Shown here one piece after another: positions 1-16,744 of a stretch of 64,000 nucleotides of DNA (positions are counted from its first letter, which is position 1; each line of letters opens with the position of its first letter). This DNA is from the human T2T-CHM13v2.0 reference genome, Homo sapiens. Where the stretch lies: the NCBI RefSeq assembly GCF_009914755.1, contig NC_060939.1; one strand, written 5' to 3'. The notes beneath the pieces were generated by a model. The model was not told the origin of the DNA and searched no databases. It worked only from the letters and a program-made list of their open reading frames with translations. The position numbers and the translations under genes are program-made.

Positions 1-929
1 CATGGTGGCCAATGGCACGATTCAGATTTAGGTGAAACTGAAATGACATCACCACATGATGACACATCGGCTGATCGGAGTTTGTGGGAGGAAACCAATG
101 TCCTCAGTGTCCTCCAAGCAAAAGGCAAGAATGTGCTGAGAGGCACAGGGGGTGAGCCAGGCTGGTTATTTTCCATTTGCCACTGCCTGTCTCGCCTCAT
201 CTTGGCCCATTTTCCTTCCTTCTCTGCCCTGCACTGTGTTCCCCAAAGCTGACTTCTGTGGGCTCCGCACAAGGCTTACTTGCTGTGATTATTATTTTTT
301 TATTTTATAAAATATATACTTTTAAACACAATAGTATAATACAACATGCTTAAATTATGTTTCATGTGGAAAAAAATAAGGTGTATAAAGAAAACCTGAA
401 CATTTTCTCTCATTCCACCCTTTACTGCCCTGAGATAATGCTAATGGCCTGCTGTTCCTGTATTTCAACCCTCTCCTCCATGACTGTGCAAACACAAAAC
501 ACACATACAGGATTTTGTTGTTTTTTGCTTTTACCTATAAAAAGAAAGGATACACTATACATTTACTCTGTCACTTCCAGTTTTCAATGGTGAGGTATAC
601 TGAACCCCCTTCAAGTTAGTATGCATAGATGTATTTTTGTACTAACTGCATAGTGCTTTATTGTGTGGACATGTCACAAAGTATTTAATCCTTCTACTAT
701 TGAGAAACATTAGACTTTTCATTTTTGAATACTACAAACTATTCTGCAGTAAAGTTTTTTTCTATGTGATTTTAATTGTATATTTTAGATTCCTTTCTAA
801 GAATATTGCTAGGAGTGTGCATTTTTTTCACATTAATATTTGTTACCAGATTAGTAGCAATTTAAACTTTCTCTCTAAGTATATGATAACTGTTTCCTCA
901 CATTTCCTTCAGCAATGAAAATTATTTAA

Positions 930-1608
<679 letters not shown>

Positions 1609-1899
1609 TGAGATTCACAACATGATGTTATAGGACACAAATAGTAAAAGAGTTACCTTTTTTGTGTGTGTGACAAGAGCAGTTAAAATCTAATTACTTA
1701 ACAAAACTCCCTGATAAATATAATTTTGTTAACTTTAGTCCTCATGTTCTGTATTAGATCTCTGACCTTGTTGATCCTAGATATCTACTTTGTGTCCTTT
1801 GATCTATATCCCCCCATTTCTTCCCCCCAACCCCTGACCATGGTAAGCACTGTTTAATTCTCTGTGTATGTACCTGAGCTCTCTCCTTTTTTTAGATTC

Positions 1900-2080
1900 A
1901 TCAGCTCCCCTGGTTCTCAGGCCTCTGCACTCAGGCGAGAATTACATCTCCAACTTTCTTGGACCCTCAGATCATGGGATTTCTTGGCCTCCATAATCAC
2001 ACAAGCCAATTCCTCATAATAAATCTCTTCTTTTCTATGTATCTTGTTGGTTCTGTTTCTGTGGAGAATCCTGACATGCC
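1900..2080. mobile_element. MLT2-like ERVL LTR fragment
   Basis: ccaattcctcataataaatctc...ttggttctgtttctgtggagaatcctgac resembles an MLT2 3' end. Confidence 0.55.
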
Positions 2081-2248
2081 AATATACTTTCCATATGGTT
2101 TCTGATTGGGTCTGACCAATGGGAAGTTCCAAAGGATTCACAGGGTAGTGGAAGAGAGAGGTCTGGATATTTCTTTCCCTGGTTCTCCCTGCTGTGGGTT
2201 TACTCAGGTTCTGGCTGTGTTCCACAGTTACAGCTTCTGTTGTGTGGC

Positions 2249-2553
2249 CTCTCCTCCACGGCTCCAAGCTCTCTGTGGGTTCTGGTATTACTACTCCATC
2301 TCCTCACTTCTCTCCTCCACGGCTCCAAGCTCTCTGTGGGTTCTGGTATTACTACTCCATCTCCTCACTTCTCTCCTCCACGGCTCCAAGCTCTCTGTGG
2401 GTTCTGGTATTACTACTCCATCTCCTCACTTCTCTCCTCCATGGCTCCAAGCTCTCTGTGGGTTCTGGTATTACTACTCCATCTCCTCACTTCTCTCCTC
2501 CATGGCTCCAAGCTCTCTGTGGGTTCTAGTATTACTACTCCATCTCCTCACTT
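2249..2553. repeat. Minisatellite, 61-bp unit x5
   Basis: ctctcctccaYggctccaagctctctgtgggttctggtattactactccatctcctcactt at 2249, 2310, 2371, 2432 and 2493. Confidence 0.96.
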
Positions 2554-3042
2554 CTGCAGGCCTAGTGATGGAGGGGAAGGGATTCTTGCTATTGGTAATC
2601 CCTGGGCGCTCTATCATCCCTTGTTAGTTACCTTAGCCAGGCCCATATCTCCATAAATACTTCCTTCACTAGACTCTCTTCAGTTAAACCCTTGGAGTGC
2701 ATCTTTCAGGACTCTCCCTGCAGAAGAGCTGAATGTTTTGAGGCCTGCCATGTTCACAAAGACAAGCTTGGTCTAGAAATTCACTCCATCTAAGGTTGTG
2801 TGAAGAGGAAGCAAAAATTCCCCAAGTGGGTTATTAATATAACAACAAGAGAAGCCACTCCCCTCCCCACTCCAGGGTTTCAAGACATGCATCAACAAGT
2901 CAGGCAGATTCCAGGAAATGCAAAAGATGTGACTGAGATGAGCTTTACAAAAGCAACCCTCATGCACAGCTGGTGGGAATGCAAAACAGTAGTCATTTTG
3001 GAAAATAGTTTGGCATTTTCTTATAAACTTAAATTTACCATA

Positions 3043-3393
3043 TCTATTCTCACACTGCTAATAAAGACAAACCCAAGACTGGGTAATTTATGAAGGAAAG
3101 AGGTTTAATGGACTCACAGTTCAGCATGGCTGGTGGGGGGGCCTCACAATCACGGTGGAAGGCAAAGGAGAAGCAAAGGCACATCTTAAATGGCAGCAGG
3201 CAAGGGACTTTGTGCGGGGGAACTCCCTTTTATAAAATCATCAGATCTCAAGAGACTTATTCACCACCACAAGAACAGTATGGGGGAAACCACCCCCACG
3301 ATTCAATTATCTCCGCCTGGCCCCACCCCTGACCCTTGGGGATTACTACAATTCAAGGTGAGATTTGGGTGTGGACACAGCCAAACCATATCA
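3043..3393 (-). mobile_element. THE1/MSTA-type MaLR solo LTR inserted in an old L1 3' fragment (about 2960-3900)
   Basis: Ends ccaaaccatatca (reverse complement of TGATATGGTTTGG). 5-bp TSD ccata. Confidence 0.85.
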
Positions 3394-4669
3394 CCATATG
3401 ACCCTGAAATCATACTCCTAGGTATTTACTCTAGTAAAATGAAAACCTATGTTCATACAAAAAACTGTATATGAATGACAATAGCAGTTTTCATAACTGC
3501 CAAAAGCTGAAAACAACCCAAATGCCCCTCAACTGCAGGATGGATCTGAAGCAGTGGTATGTTCATATGATGGAATACTGCCCAGGGACAAAAGCAGAGG
3601 CCCGCTGGGGACACTCAACTCGGATGCATCTCCAGGGTGTTATGCTGGGTGAAAGCGGTCAGTCTCTAAAGGTTTTATAAAAGTATGATTCCATTTATAT
3701 GCCAATATTTTAGGGGTAGAGAAAAAATCAGCCGTTCCCTGAGGTCAGGGCTGGGGAGGATTTGATTTTAAAAGGGTAGCATGAGGGAGTTTTGAGGGGT
3801 GACGGAACTGTTCTGTATCTTGATTGCTGAGGTGATAACACAGTTCTGCATGTTATCAAAAAGGCGTACATTTTACTGCATGACAATTAAAAAAGTTAAT
3901 TTAAAAAAAGGTAAGAAAAGTACAGAATCAGCTGACAGATATTTTCCAGAATGCAGGGAAAAAAAAATTCAAGGAGACTAACAAAAAGATCTATTTATTC
4001 ACTATCAGTTGTCCACACAGTCAGTAACTAATATACAAACAAAAGTTCACTTGCCTTTACTTAAACCTAAGTGGAAGTCATTTTACCTGAGTCAAAAACT
4101 CAGAAATCCTGAAATTTCCCTCAGTGGGAGCAGTGTGCACACCCAGCCCATCCTGGCCTCCTACATCCCTTCCACAGAAATGCAGCAGTTCCAGTTCTGA
4201 GGAAAAGGATGCTTCCTGGTAGAATGCGGCCATATATTCCATCGTGCTCAGCACCATGTATCCCCAGCACTCTGGCTACTACTGACTGGTCTAGGACTCA
4301 GCACCAAGGCAAAGGCTACTGATATTGGACCAGACCATGGCCCCTGAGGCAGCCCAGCTGTGACTGAGAGTCTGTCCCACAAGCACACCCTCTACTGGCT
4401 GGTGACTAACAGAACCAACTGGAACCTCAGGGAGGACCTTGAGGCACATGGAAGAGGGCAGAGAGGAAAAAAGACACAGGCAGATAGACTGAAAAATATC
4501 AAGACCCAACAGTATTCTTTTCTCCAGCAACGTACTTTAAATATAGAAACAGAGGCAGAAAATAAAAGGATAGGAAAAGATATATCATGCAAACACTAAT
4601 GTAAGAAAGCTAGCTTGCCTATGTCAACACCAAAGGAGACTTTTAAAAAGATAGTTTTATTACAAAAGG

Positions 4670-5460
4670 TCAAATAGCCTATGAACCCATTTATATGTGA
4701 CACCTAGAAATAGTCAATTTCATAGCGACAGAAACTAGAGTGGTGGTTACCAGAGGCTGGGGGAGGCAGGCATGGAAATTAGTGTTTAGTGGGTACAGAG
4801 ATTAAGTGTAGGATGATGACAAAGTCCTGGAGAGTTTCGGATTTGCAACGTGGAAAGAGTTCTGGAGATGGACCATGACAGTTGCATAATAACATGAATG
4901 TACTTAGTGAGAATGAATTGCATACTTAAAAATAGTTAAAATGGTAAATTTTTATATTATGTGTATTTTACCACAAAATGGCTTGAGGTAAAATTTACAC
5001 GCCATAAAATTCACCAATTTTAAGTGTACAATTCAGTGACTGTTGACAAATGTATACAGTCATGCGACTTCTGCCACAGTCAAGATATAGAACATTTCCA
5101 CCCTCCAGGAAGTTCCCTCCTGACCCCCTGGAGTCAATCCCCTCTCCCCACCCACTGGACTCCTGATCATCTTTCTGTCACTATAGTTTTGGCATTTCTG
5201 AAATGTCATATAATGGAATGGTGCCTTATGCATTCTCTGTCTTATCTGGCTTAGTACGATGCTTTCGAGGTTCCTCCTTCATGTGTATATCAGTATCTCA
5301 CTGCTTGTAAATGCTGAGTTGTATTCCACAGCATGGACTTTCCACATTATGTTTATCTTTTCACAAGCTGAATCTGGGGTTGTTTCTGGTTCTGTGCTAT
5401 TATAAGTAACGCTTCTATGAACATCCAAATACAAGTCTCAGTGTAGATGCGGGCATATGT
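4670..5460. mobile_element. Old L1M 3'-end fragments in both orientations
   Basis: gtggttaccagaggctggggga...aaaatggtaaatttt followed by antisense L1M-type sequence. Confidence 0.6.
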
Positions 5461-5491
5461 TTTTATTTATCTTGGGATAATTAGAAGTGGG

Positions 5492-6100
<609 letters not shown>

Positions 6101-6466
6101 GAAGTGGGGCACGTTTATCTTTACAGGAAATGCCAAACTGCTACAAAGTAGTTCTACCATTTTACGTTCCTACCAGCAGTAAGTGTTATACTTGCTTCAT
6201 ATTCTTGCCAATGCCTGATGTTTTTAGTCTTTCTATGATGGGAAGGGGACATTCTTCAATCAATAACCCTGGCATGAGACTCTACCTGAATACAGTCATG
6301 TAAGGGACCCAATGCGAGAACCACCCAGAGAAGCCTAAAATTTGGAACTATGAAAGACAGTAATGATGAAATGGCAGTTTTAAACTATTAAGTTCTGGGA
6401 TACTTTGCTATGTTGCAATAGCCATCCAGAACAGAATTTTGCACTGGATGTAGGTACTGCTATAAC

Positions 6467-7123
6467 TGAGAAATAAAAATAAAATCCTAAGCTCCCCAAC
6501 TGACTGAACAGACACCCTCTTGGCCAAAGGACCCCAGAGAAACCTTAAAAACTGAGTTACTGGCAGTGACAAGAGGTTGGACATGCCTAATTATACCCAC
6601 TCTGTCACTAACAACCATTAGGCTTTCTTTCCTAAGAGTTAATCAGAAACAAGCCCTTTTGAAAGACTTGTTCCACCACTGATTTACACAACTGAGCAGC
6701 ATTTCTTCCTGTTAAAAGACCACTCACCATGCACTGGTTCTGGTTGGTTTATAAAGGCTGCACATGGGATGCCTCCGTGTCCTCCATTTGACCTTTTGGT
6801 TATACAGCCTAATTTAAATGCATTGTCTCCACCCCAAAGTGAACAAGGGATGCATGTAACATGCATGTTTGCTTACTATGTATATAAATGTCCCCCCTTT
6901 GTGAATATTCATAGCTCTTCTTATAACCTGTTAAATATTTATACTTGGCCAATCTCATCAGCATAAATTCCTGTCTTACTTTTCCCTCCCTTGAAATGCC
7001 TGCTTCTGGTTTCTGCCAGAAGCTATGAAGCTTCCTAGCCTGCAAGATTTCAGGCTGCAACCCCTCAGAAGAAATGAAGCTCTCCTTTACAATTTTATGA
7101 ACCTCATGATTCTTCAGTTGACA
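6467..7123 (+). mobile_element. MER4-family (ERV1) solo LTR
   Basis: TG...CA ends, start tgagaaataaaaataaaatcctaagctccccaactgactgaac, 4-bp TSD taac. It interrupts MaLR-like sequence. The subfamily is from memory. Confidence 0.72.
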
Positions 7124-7913
7124 TAACAATAACCTAAAACATGTAGCTTTGGGGCCAGGTGGTGGGCAGAAGCTAGAAGGGATTCTTATTACGAGGTGCC
7201 AGAAACAGATGGTGGGTAACACTGTCACCAGAAGTAACATGGAAAACAGAAAGGGTACCCAAAGAACTCATGGACTTAGCTGGGGAGACGTCCAGGCAGA
7301 ATGTAGAAAATGACAGCCGATTTTTGGCTCCCTATGGTAAAATACAAGAAAAGAGGTATAAACCAAACGTGAAACTAATTAACTTTTTGAGCCAAGTTTA
7401 GAGGAAATATAAAGCCACCAGGACCTGCTGGGTTCAAAAATGAAACCTTCTTATCCTTAGACTGTACCAAAAAAGACTCACGAGGCTTCAGGACACGGAT
7501 CAAATTCAGATTATAATCATCAAAGCACAGCCTTACGGTAAAGATCTTAAGGGCGGGGCTGTAAGACACTGTGAAAACCTCAGAATGATCTACTGTAAGT
7601 GCACCTAGTAAGGCTTCTGAAAGTCTTAGGAGTGTGCTTTGTAGACCCTTTCCATTAAACACGAAGGCTCTGAAGACTCTGCAGTGTACTATTGTCTCAC
7701 AGTAGCCTCCCAGGCAAAGAAGGATCGGTGTCAGAAAGATGTGGATGTGGCTTTTATCTAACCGTGTTGATGATAAATTTATAGAAAAGGACTCACAAAG
7801 TTTTTAAAGGAATTGTACTAGCTTAGATTGAAAGGCAGCACAAAATGAAATAAGGGCTTTGGATTCCCCCAGCCTTCTACAGGAAGGAATCAGGTTGAGA
7901 ACAAAGCTACCCC

Positions 7914-8225
7914 AGGCCGGGCGCGGTGACTCACGCCTGTAATCCCAGCACTTTGGGAGGCTGAGGCAGGCGGATCACGAAGTCAGGAGATCTAGACCAT
8001 CCTGGCTAACACAGGGAGACCCTGTCTCTACTAAAAATACAAAAAGCCTGGCATGGTGGCAGGCGCCTGTGGTCCCAGCTGCTCGGGAGGCTGAGGCAGG
8101 AGAATGGCGTGAGCCTGGGAGGCAGGAGGTTGCAGTGAGCTGAGATCACGCCACTGCACTCCAACCTGGGCGACACAGCGAGACTCTGCCTCAAAGAAAA
8201 ATAAAAAATAAAAAAATACATAAAT
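7914..8225 (+). mobile_element. Alu
   Basis: Full dimer. TSD aaagctaccc. Confidence 0.92.
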
Positions 8226-10495
8226 AATTTTTTTTTTTTTAAAAAAGAAAGCTACCCTAAGGCACATATGGGCCATTTCTTATGGAAGAGAAAGGATGAC
8301 TCAGAGGGCAGAATCACAGCCAGGCAGAGCAAAACTGGATCTTAATCAAAGTGTATCTTTTGACCCTGGGGCAGTGATGACCGGTAGATACCAGAATTTC
8401 TACAGATGGTGACTACCATGTGCCTCCTACTCTACCCCACTCCTTTTTGAGTAAGACTATCTATTGCATTATTCCTCAAGCACCATTTTACAATGTGAGG
8501 GAGATGAGAGGATGAGGTGGCTGATAGATAACTTGAGTTTTTAGTTCACAGGTCTTAAACTGTAGAGGAAATGTACTTGATAATCTGTTCCCAACAAACT
8601 GCACCCGAGGAGCCTCATCTGCAGCTAGGCCTGATTCAGAAGATGTCCTGGATTTTTGAGCCAATGTAGTAATTAGATGAGCCTTGGAATTATTTGTTAA
8701 GAATAGAACACTTTGGAAGAGTAGAATGGACTTCCCTACAGTCCTTTGGGGCTGAAAAGACATAAACCCACCAGCCTGTCAAGTGGAAACCCAAGGGGGT
8801 CATGACCTAGAAACAGGAATCAAAAGTTGAATCTTATTAAAGTGGAAGCCGGCCCTAACCCAGTGCAATCTCTGATCGAATTCAATGATCAGTCCTTAAT
8901 AGTGGCAGAGGGTGAATGCTCCAGTGGGAGATATCATCTAGAGCCTCTACACCTAAATTACATGTAATACTTGGCATCTAACAAAATATTACTTGATATG
9001 GGAAGTGACACAACCATAATAACAAAAAACCAACAGAAAAAACAGCTGAGTTCTCCAAAAGGTTTTTTTCATGGTAAGGCCAATTCCTTCAGACAAAGGT
9101 ATCCAGAAATGCAAAGTTCTCAGTGTCGCCTGTGTCTGTCAAATATTCCCATTCCAAGCCTCAGGGACCCTTCCCAACCAGTGCCCTTACCTTAGAATAA
9201 GAGATCACTGGGTTTGTGCATTTAAGTGCCTTTACAGTTTGGTGACCCTCACAATCAGGCCCTGCTCCTGTTCATCAGCCACATCTGTCTTGCATCTATA
9301 AAAAATAAGAGATCCCCTTAATGCCACTGTAAAGGCTTTCTGTTCATTCTCCATCTATTGTACTCCCAACTTGAGAGTACAAGGTGCCAGGGGCCATGCT
9401 GATTTTCCAGAGAAGACAGCACATCCAAATCAGCAGCTGTGATGGTCATCACCACCTGCCTAAATGTAAATCTCTGATAATCTTCAGTGATTCTTCAAGT
9501 CTCTTCCACTGCCCTCTGATCTCCTACCATTGCCTCGCATTGGCCAGTCCCTACTGGAAGATGTGTACCCCAGGTGATAGAATACAGACATGTCAGCCTC
9601 CAGGGGCACAGCACAAGAAGAAAAAGACGGAGAACAAGACTGGAGAAGCAAACAGAGAATAACCAGTGCAGGCCACATGCCATGGATTGTCTTCTCAGAA
9701 AGTTACTGAAGAAAGTGATCCCCAAATGAGAATTAAAGATAAGCAACGAAGAGATATACAGGGACCAGGAAAAGAGACTCAGCATAGGAAGAGACATGAG
9801 GGGAGTGGCCAAGATGATGATGAAAAGAAGTCCTAAGCCATCAGTTTGCAAGAATCTTAGTAGCAAGTTAATTCTGGAGTAGGACCAAATTTGAAAAAAA
9901 AAATTACTGAGCAATTACCTGAATCATTGCAGAATATGTTGCAAGGAGATTTGTAGTTTTTGAGAGAAATTGGAGCATGAATTAGTGGTAGGCACATAAA
10001 AAAACTAAGTAAATGAAAAATTTAGGTAATGATTATAGGAAAGACAAAACAGTGCAAGCATGGAAATGTAATCCCAGTAGTCCACCCGGATCACCTGTGA
10101 ACACTATCTACACAGTCCTTATCATGTAAATACTAAAGACTTTCCCACCTATGAACTTGTAATACAAGTAGGTATTTTGCACTGTTGGTTTTTTCCTCTT
10201 TCCTCTGGAACTGCCAAATCACCTGGGAGTCATGCTATAGGCAAAGGGAAGCATCAGTGGCCCATGGAGCACATTTGGAGAAGCAATGCTTCATGGCTTA
10301 ACACTCTGTACCAGAGACGACACTTTCTCCTTTCTTCTTTTTCACAGGGAGTGCCACACTTAGTCTAATGCTTACCTTTATATTCTACATGGTTTAGAAA
10401 CTTATATGGACAAAAAGTGAATTTTATGAAATCCAGGAATGTATTCAGGGGAAACAGAAATTATCTCCATGTTATTATTAGAAGGTACAATCTAG

Positions 10496-10801
<306 letters not shown>

Positions 10802-10945
10802 AGTATCTCACTTTTAACCTCAAAATTCTTATTAATGTTACCAAAGTAAAGTTAATGGAAACGCTTGACCACTTTATTATGAGAGAAAATAGTAAAAATG
10901 TAAACTGGAATTGAATAAGAATAAAACATTTTAAAGTTAACTTAC

Positions 10946-11044
10946 TCGTATGAAATCTGTAAGCGTATTATAAATGAAGGCTCCTCTGGGAAGGAAAAAA
11001 CAGCTTCCAGGACTCAAATCGTGGAAAAAGAAAAGTTCTTGTTC
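10946..11044 (-). CDS. TARS3: TARS3 exon 10 (start of class II catalytic domain); later exons lie outside the window
   Basis: 99 nt, [33 protein letters not shown]. Donor CGA|GTAAGT. Exons 1-10 sum to 1320 nt with all phases consistent. Confidence 0.97.
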
Positions 11045-11399
11045 CTAGATTGAAACAAAAATTGCATTTCAAATGTCATCTGCTATTGCTTAATATTTAC
11101 TGCACACACATATAATACTCAGTTATTTCCATCTTCTCTAGTAATAGACATTCCAAGGCCATTCAACACTTATACCTAAATGCATGCAACAGCATATGTA
11201 AAATTTCCAATCATATTTATGCCTAATTAGCTTTGAACTTAGCTTTTACTTCACCTTCTGCTATTCTCTGCGAATTTTCTTACTTGGCACACTTGGAGTA
11301 CGGCACTCATGGGGAGACAACACGGTAGAAAGACCAAAAAAGTTCATTGCAGGAGGTGGGCTTTAGGTGATGATGATCATCATGGCTGCCGCCTACTGA

Positions 11400-11838
<439 letters not shown>

Positions 11839-12098
11839 AAAACAACTTTATTTTTTATCATGACAAAAATAAGAGAAGGGTACAATTTTCAAAAATTAAT
11901 AAAAGATACAGGAAGGAAAGAGGTTAGAAGACATCTGGGGTATTAAAATGAAAGCACTGAGCAGCGGACTGTGAGTGCCAGCAAAATAGGAGAGAAGAAG
12001 AAGAAATCTTATTTTTAAAGCAACTTAGTTTTGTGAGACAGAAACATTCCTATGTTGGCTTATGATTACATCTCCAGTGATTAAGATGTGGGGCATAC

Positions 12099-12245
12099 CT
12101 TCCCGATCTTCCTGTGATCTCGGTTCTTTGCTTCCTCTTGGAACTTTTCCCAGTCTCTCATCATCTTGTTATCAGGAAAGGATATTCCATAGATCCTCTG
12201 CAATGTTTCCATTTCCGGATTGCCCTCCCAATATGTTGAGGAATT
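12099..12245 (-). CDS. TARS3: TARS3 exon 9
   Basis: 147 nt, [49 protein letters not shown], with ThrRS motifs LQRIYG and RDHRKIG. Donor AAG|GTATGC. Confidence 0.97.
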
Positions 12246-12347
12246 CTAAATATCAAAGAGGATTTTGGTAAATATATCATACATTCAGTTGTAAGTAAAA
12301 CTGCTCTTAAATACAAATGCAATTTTCCACTATCATATCAACAAAGC

Positions 12348-12665
<318 letters not shown>

Positions 12666-13119
12666 TTAAAGAAGACTATTTGTAGTGCTGGGAACAATCT
12701 TAAAATGGATTCTAACTAAACCTTCCCAGCCTAAATTATACCATTAACCAGCAAATTATGTAGAGTCTGCTATGGATTCTAGGAATGACAGTGAGAGCAC
12801 ACAGAAAGGAGGGAAGGCTAAGCAGCAATCATAATCACCAAGGATGGGGCAGAACAGACAGTAGGTATGGGGAAGTAAAGGTCGGTCTTGCTGACCTACA
12901 GTCAATGATTAAGAACAGTGCCATTAGCCAGCCCCATTTTACCTGTAAGAAAATCAAAGCCAAGAAAGGCTGGGACTGCCAAGTCAGTCCCATGCCTCCT
13001 AATCCCAGAGTGATGTTTTCTCCATTACAACATCATATCCCCTCCTGCTGTTTTCTTTATGCCGCAATACATTACTTTCACATGCAGACAAATATTCTTG
13101 CTTACATCAGGGCTATTCA

Positions 13120-13475
<356 letters not shown>

Positions 13476-13718
13476 TCGTATGAAAAAGAAATGTTATAAC
13501 ACTTACAATAAGGTAAAATGATAAACAAAAGCCACCTATAGTGTTCTAATTATCAAAATTCTAAATGATTTTATTAGTTTTCATCAAATAAGAATGAAAT
13601 ATTTTAAAATATCATGATGTTCAGACTACAAAAGATATGATTGAATAAGATATGATTAAAATCCTTTAATAGCTAGTGCACCTTAAGTTTACTGTATTAA
13701 AAAAAAATCAATCCTTAC

Positions 13719-13797
13719 CTTAAAAATTTTGATGGTTTTAATTTTTCCAGTGTGTCTTACATGTGGACCTTTGCAAAGGTCAATTAATGGACCGCAC
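13719..13797 (-). CDS. TARS3: TARS3 exon 8 (editing domain, DLCxGPH motif)
   Basis: 79 nt, (R)[26 protein letters not shown]. Donor AAG|GTAAGG. Confidence 0.97.
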
Positions 13798-14232
13798 CTA
13801 TAATGAAATATTTAGGACATGCTCAGGCACAGTTACAGTGTTCTGGACTATTCATTATAAGCCATAATATCCTATGTTTTAGGTAGAGCTTCACTTATTT
13901 ATATGTAGCAATGCCATTTTTAATTTAGGGTGAAGGAGAGAGGTGATTCATCTAGCCTCAGAGTCCACTCTGCCCTCTAGATTCAAAAACCACAGAACAT
14001 CTTCTGAAAGAAACTAGGCAATTCTCTGATTAAAAACTTAAAAATTACAATGAATACAAAAAGGGACTGGCTTACAGAGTGGCAAACACGAAAATGTCAT
14101 CTCTCTCAATGGTCAGTCTTTGTGTATTGTTCTCTAGGGAGAGAGCTTGTAAACAACACTCAGATGAAGGGAAGGAATGCCAAATTAGCATGAAAGGCTT
14201 CAATACTCTAATCTTTAAATAGAAAGTCACAG

Positions 14233-14606
<374 letters not shown>

Positions 14607-15542
14607 CTACAAAAAGTGTCAATGTTGACGTAAGTAAGGTTCTCAAACCCAAGAGCTCAAGCATTAGAAGCCAGAAATTTAAAACTTGGCCTGTTTTCTA
14701 CATTTTCATTTATTTTTAAGCTTTAAGAAATGCACCGTGCATAGCTTTGCACAAAGGGGATATGATTTTACTTACAGTACAATTAAACCAGAGAACCATA
14801 AGTCCTTGACTGTCGAAAGTAAGTACCATGAGGGAGAATATCTGTGGTTATAATTAAATAAATACCAGGTCTTCTAAGGCGGTACTGTGATAGTCCTAGC
14901 AGCACCCAGATGGCCGGAACACACGGAAAGGGGAACAGCAATGACATATAAGGCGTATACACACGAATAAAGAAAAAGGTGCTCAGGAACCTGAGGTTAA
15001 ATGAACAGAGCTAAGTGATTCTGGTATTAACTTCACTTGTCTCCTCTTACATTTGATCCTGCCTTTGTTTCCCAGTATTTTCTTTTGGTCTCATCATGAG
15101 TATCCTGCTAATGCATGAAGACTGTACACTTGGACTCTGGACAATGGGGCAGACTCTTCTACACTTGCACTCTGGACAGTAAGTATGAGGCAGAGAATCA
15201 CTGCCGAGGAGATGGCTTGTAATGGCCCCCACTGCCACATTAATAAGAACGTGGAAGGACAGAATAGAAACTCCTTTCCCAACAGTATCACTCACATGGA
15301 GAAAAATCCTGTTATAGCTAACACCCAGGAAACAAAATATGGGTCTCAGTACTGTCCTGATTACTAAAAAGGGGAAAATAATCATTTCTCTTTAGTGAAA
15401 ACATTTTGAAGATTGTAACTACGGTAGATTATCAACTACACAACTTGAAAAATCGATCTCCAACCAGAAAACAAACTCGGCCTCTACTGCTAACACCTTC
15501 AAGTTTACCACTGAGCAGCGTTTACCATGTGTGGACACAAAC

Positions 15543-15607
15543 CTGTACACGGTGGTAGTTGCAGTGTTAACTTTCTCATTCAGAATGCGGCATTTAAATT
15601 TATTGTA
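15543..15607 (-). CDS. TARS3: TARS3 exon 7
   Basis: 65 nt, YNKFKCRILNEKVNTATTTVY+AG. Acceptor TTCGTAG, donor AG|GTTTGT. Confidence 0.95.
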
Positions 15608-15656
15608 CTACGAAGAAAAACATATTTACACATTATTACACACAATGTTGAAATGA

Positions 15657-16163
<507 letters not shown>

Positions 16164-16744
16164 TGAAAGAAGATGTGCAGTGAGTATAAAACACACTGGA
16201 CTTTGGAAGTATAATGTTGCAAAAAGAAGAAGAAAATCATTCGTTAATCATTCTTTATACTGGCTACCATTGAAATTATACTTTTTATATATTGGGTTAA
16301 AAATTTGTTAAAATTAATTGCAACTTTTACTTTTAAAATGTAGCTGCCATAAAATTATAGGTTACACATGTAGCTCAGACTAGTGGATTCCATTATGTTT
16401 CTATTGGACAGTACTGTTCTAGAAGATCTAATTTTAACATTAATCAATAAAATTCTGACAAGGACACAGCTATATTATTAATTTGTATAAAAACAAAAGC
16501 AAAGTTTATCATAATGATGATATATTTATAAAACTAAGGGTTTTTTTCCTTTTCCTTTCTTTTCTGCTTCCATCACTACTATCGGGGTATACAAGGCACT
16601 TTATATTAAATAACTACTTAAAGAAGCTAGTTGTTGGGAGAAAAACCCGTATCTGCATGATTTAACTGTTTCATATCTATATATTCACAACAAATCATTT
16701 TCCTTAACAAAGATTAATTGTGTTTAGTTCTTAAAAGTAGCTGC

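Noticed and set aside
2106-2656. Three overlapping ORFs of 111-173 aa
   Set aside because: Produced by the 61-bp repeat. They are antisense within a TARS3 intron and resemble no protein I recognise.
15047-15385. 112-aa minus-strand ORF with CxxC in TARS3 intron 7
   Set aside because: No recognisable homology. Exons 7 and 8 already join in frame without it.
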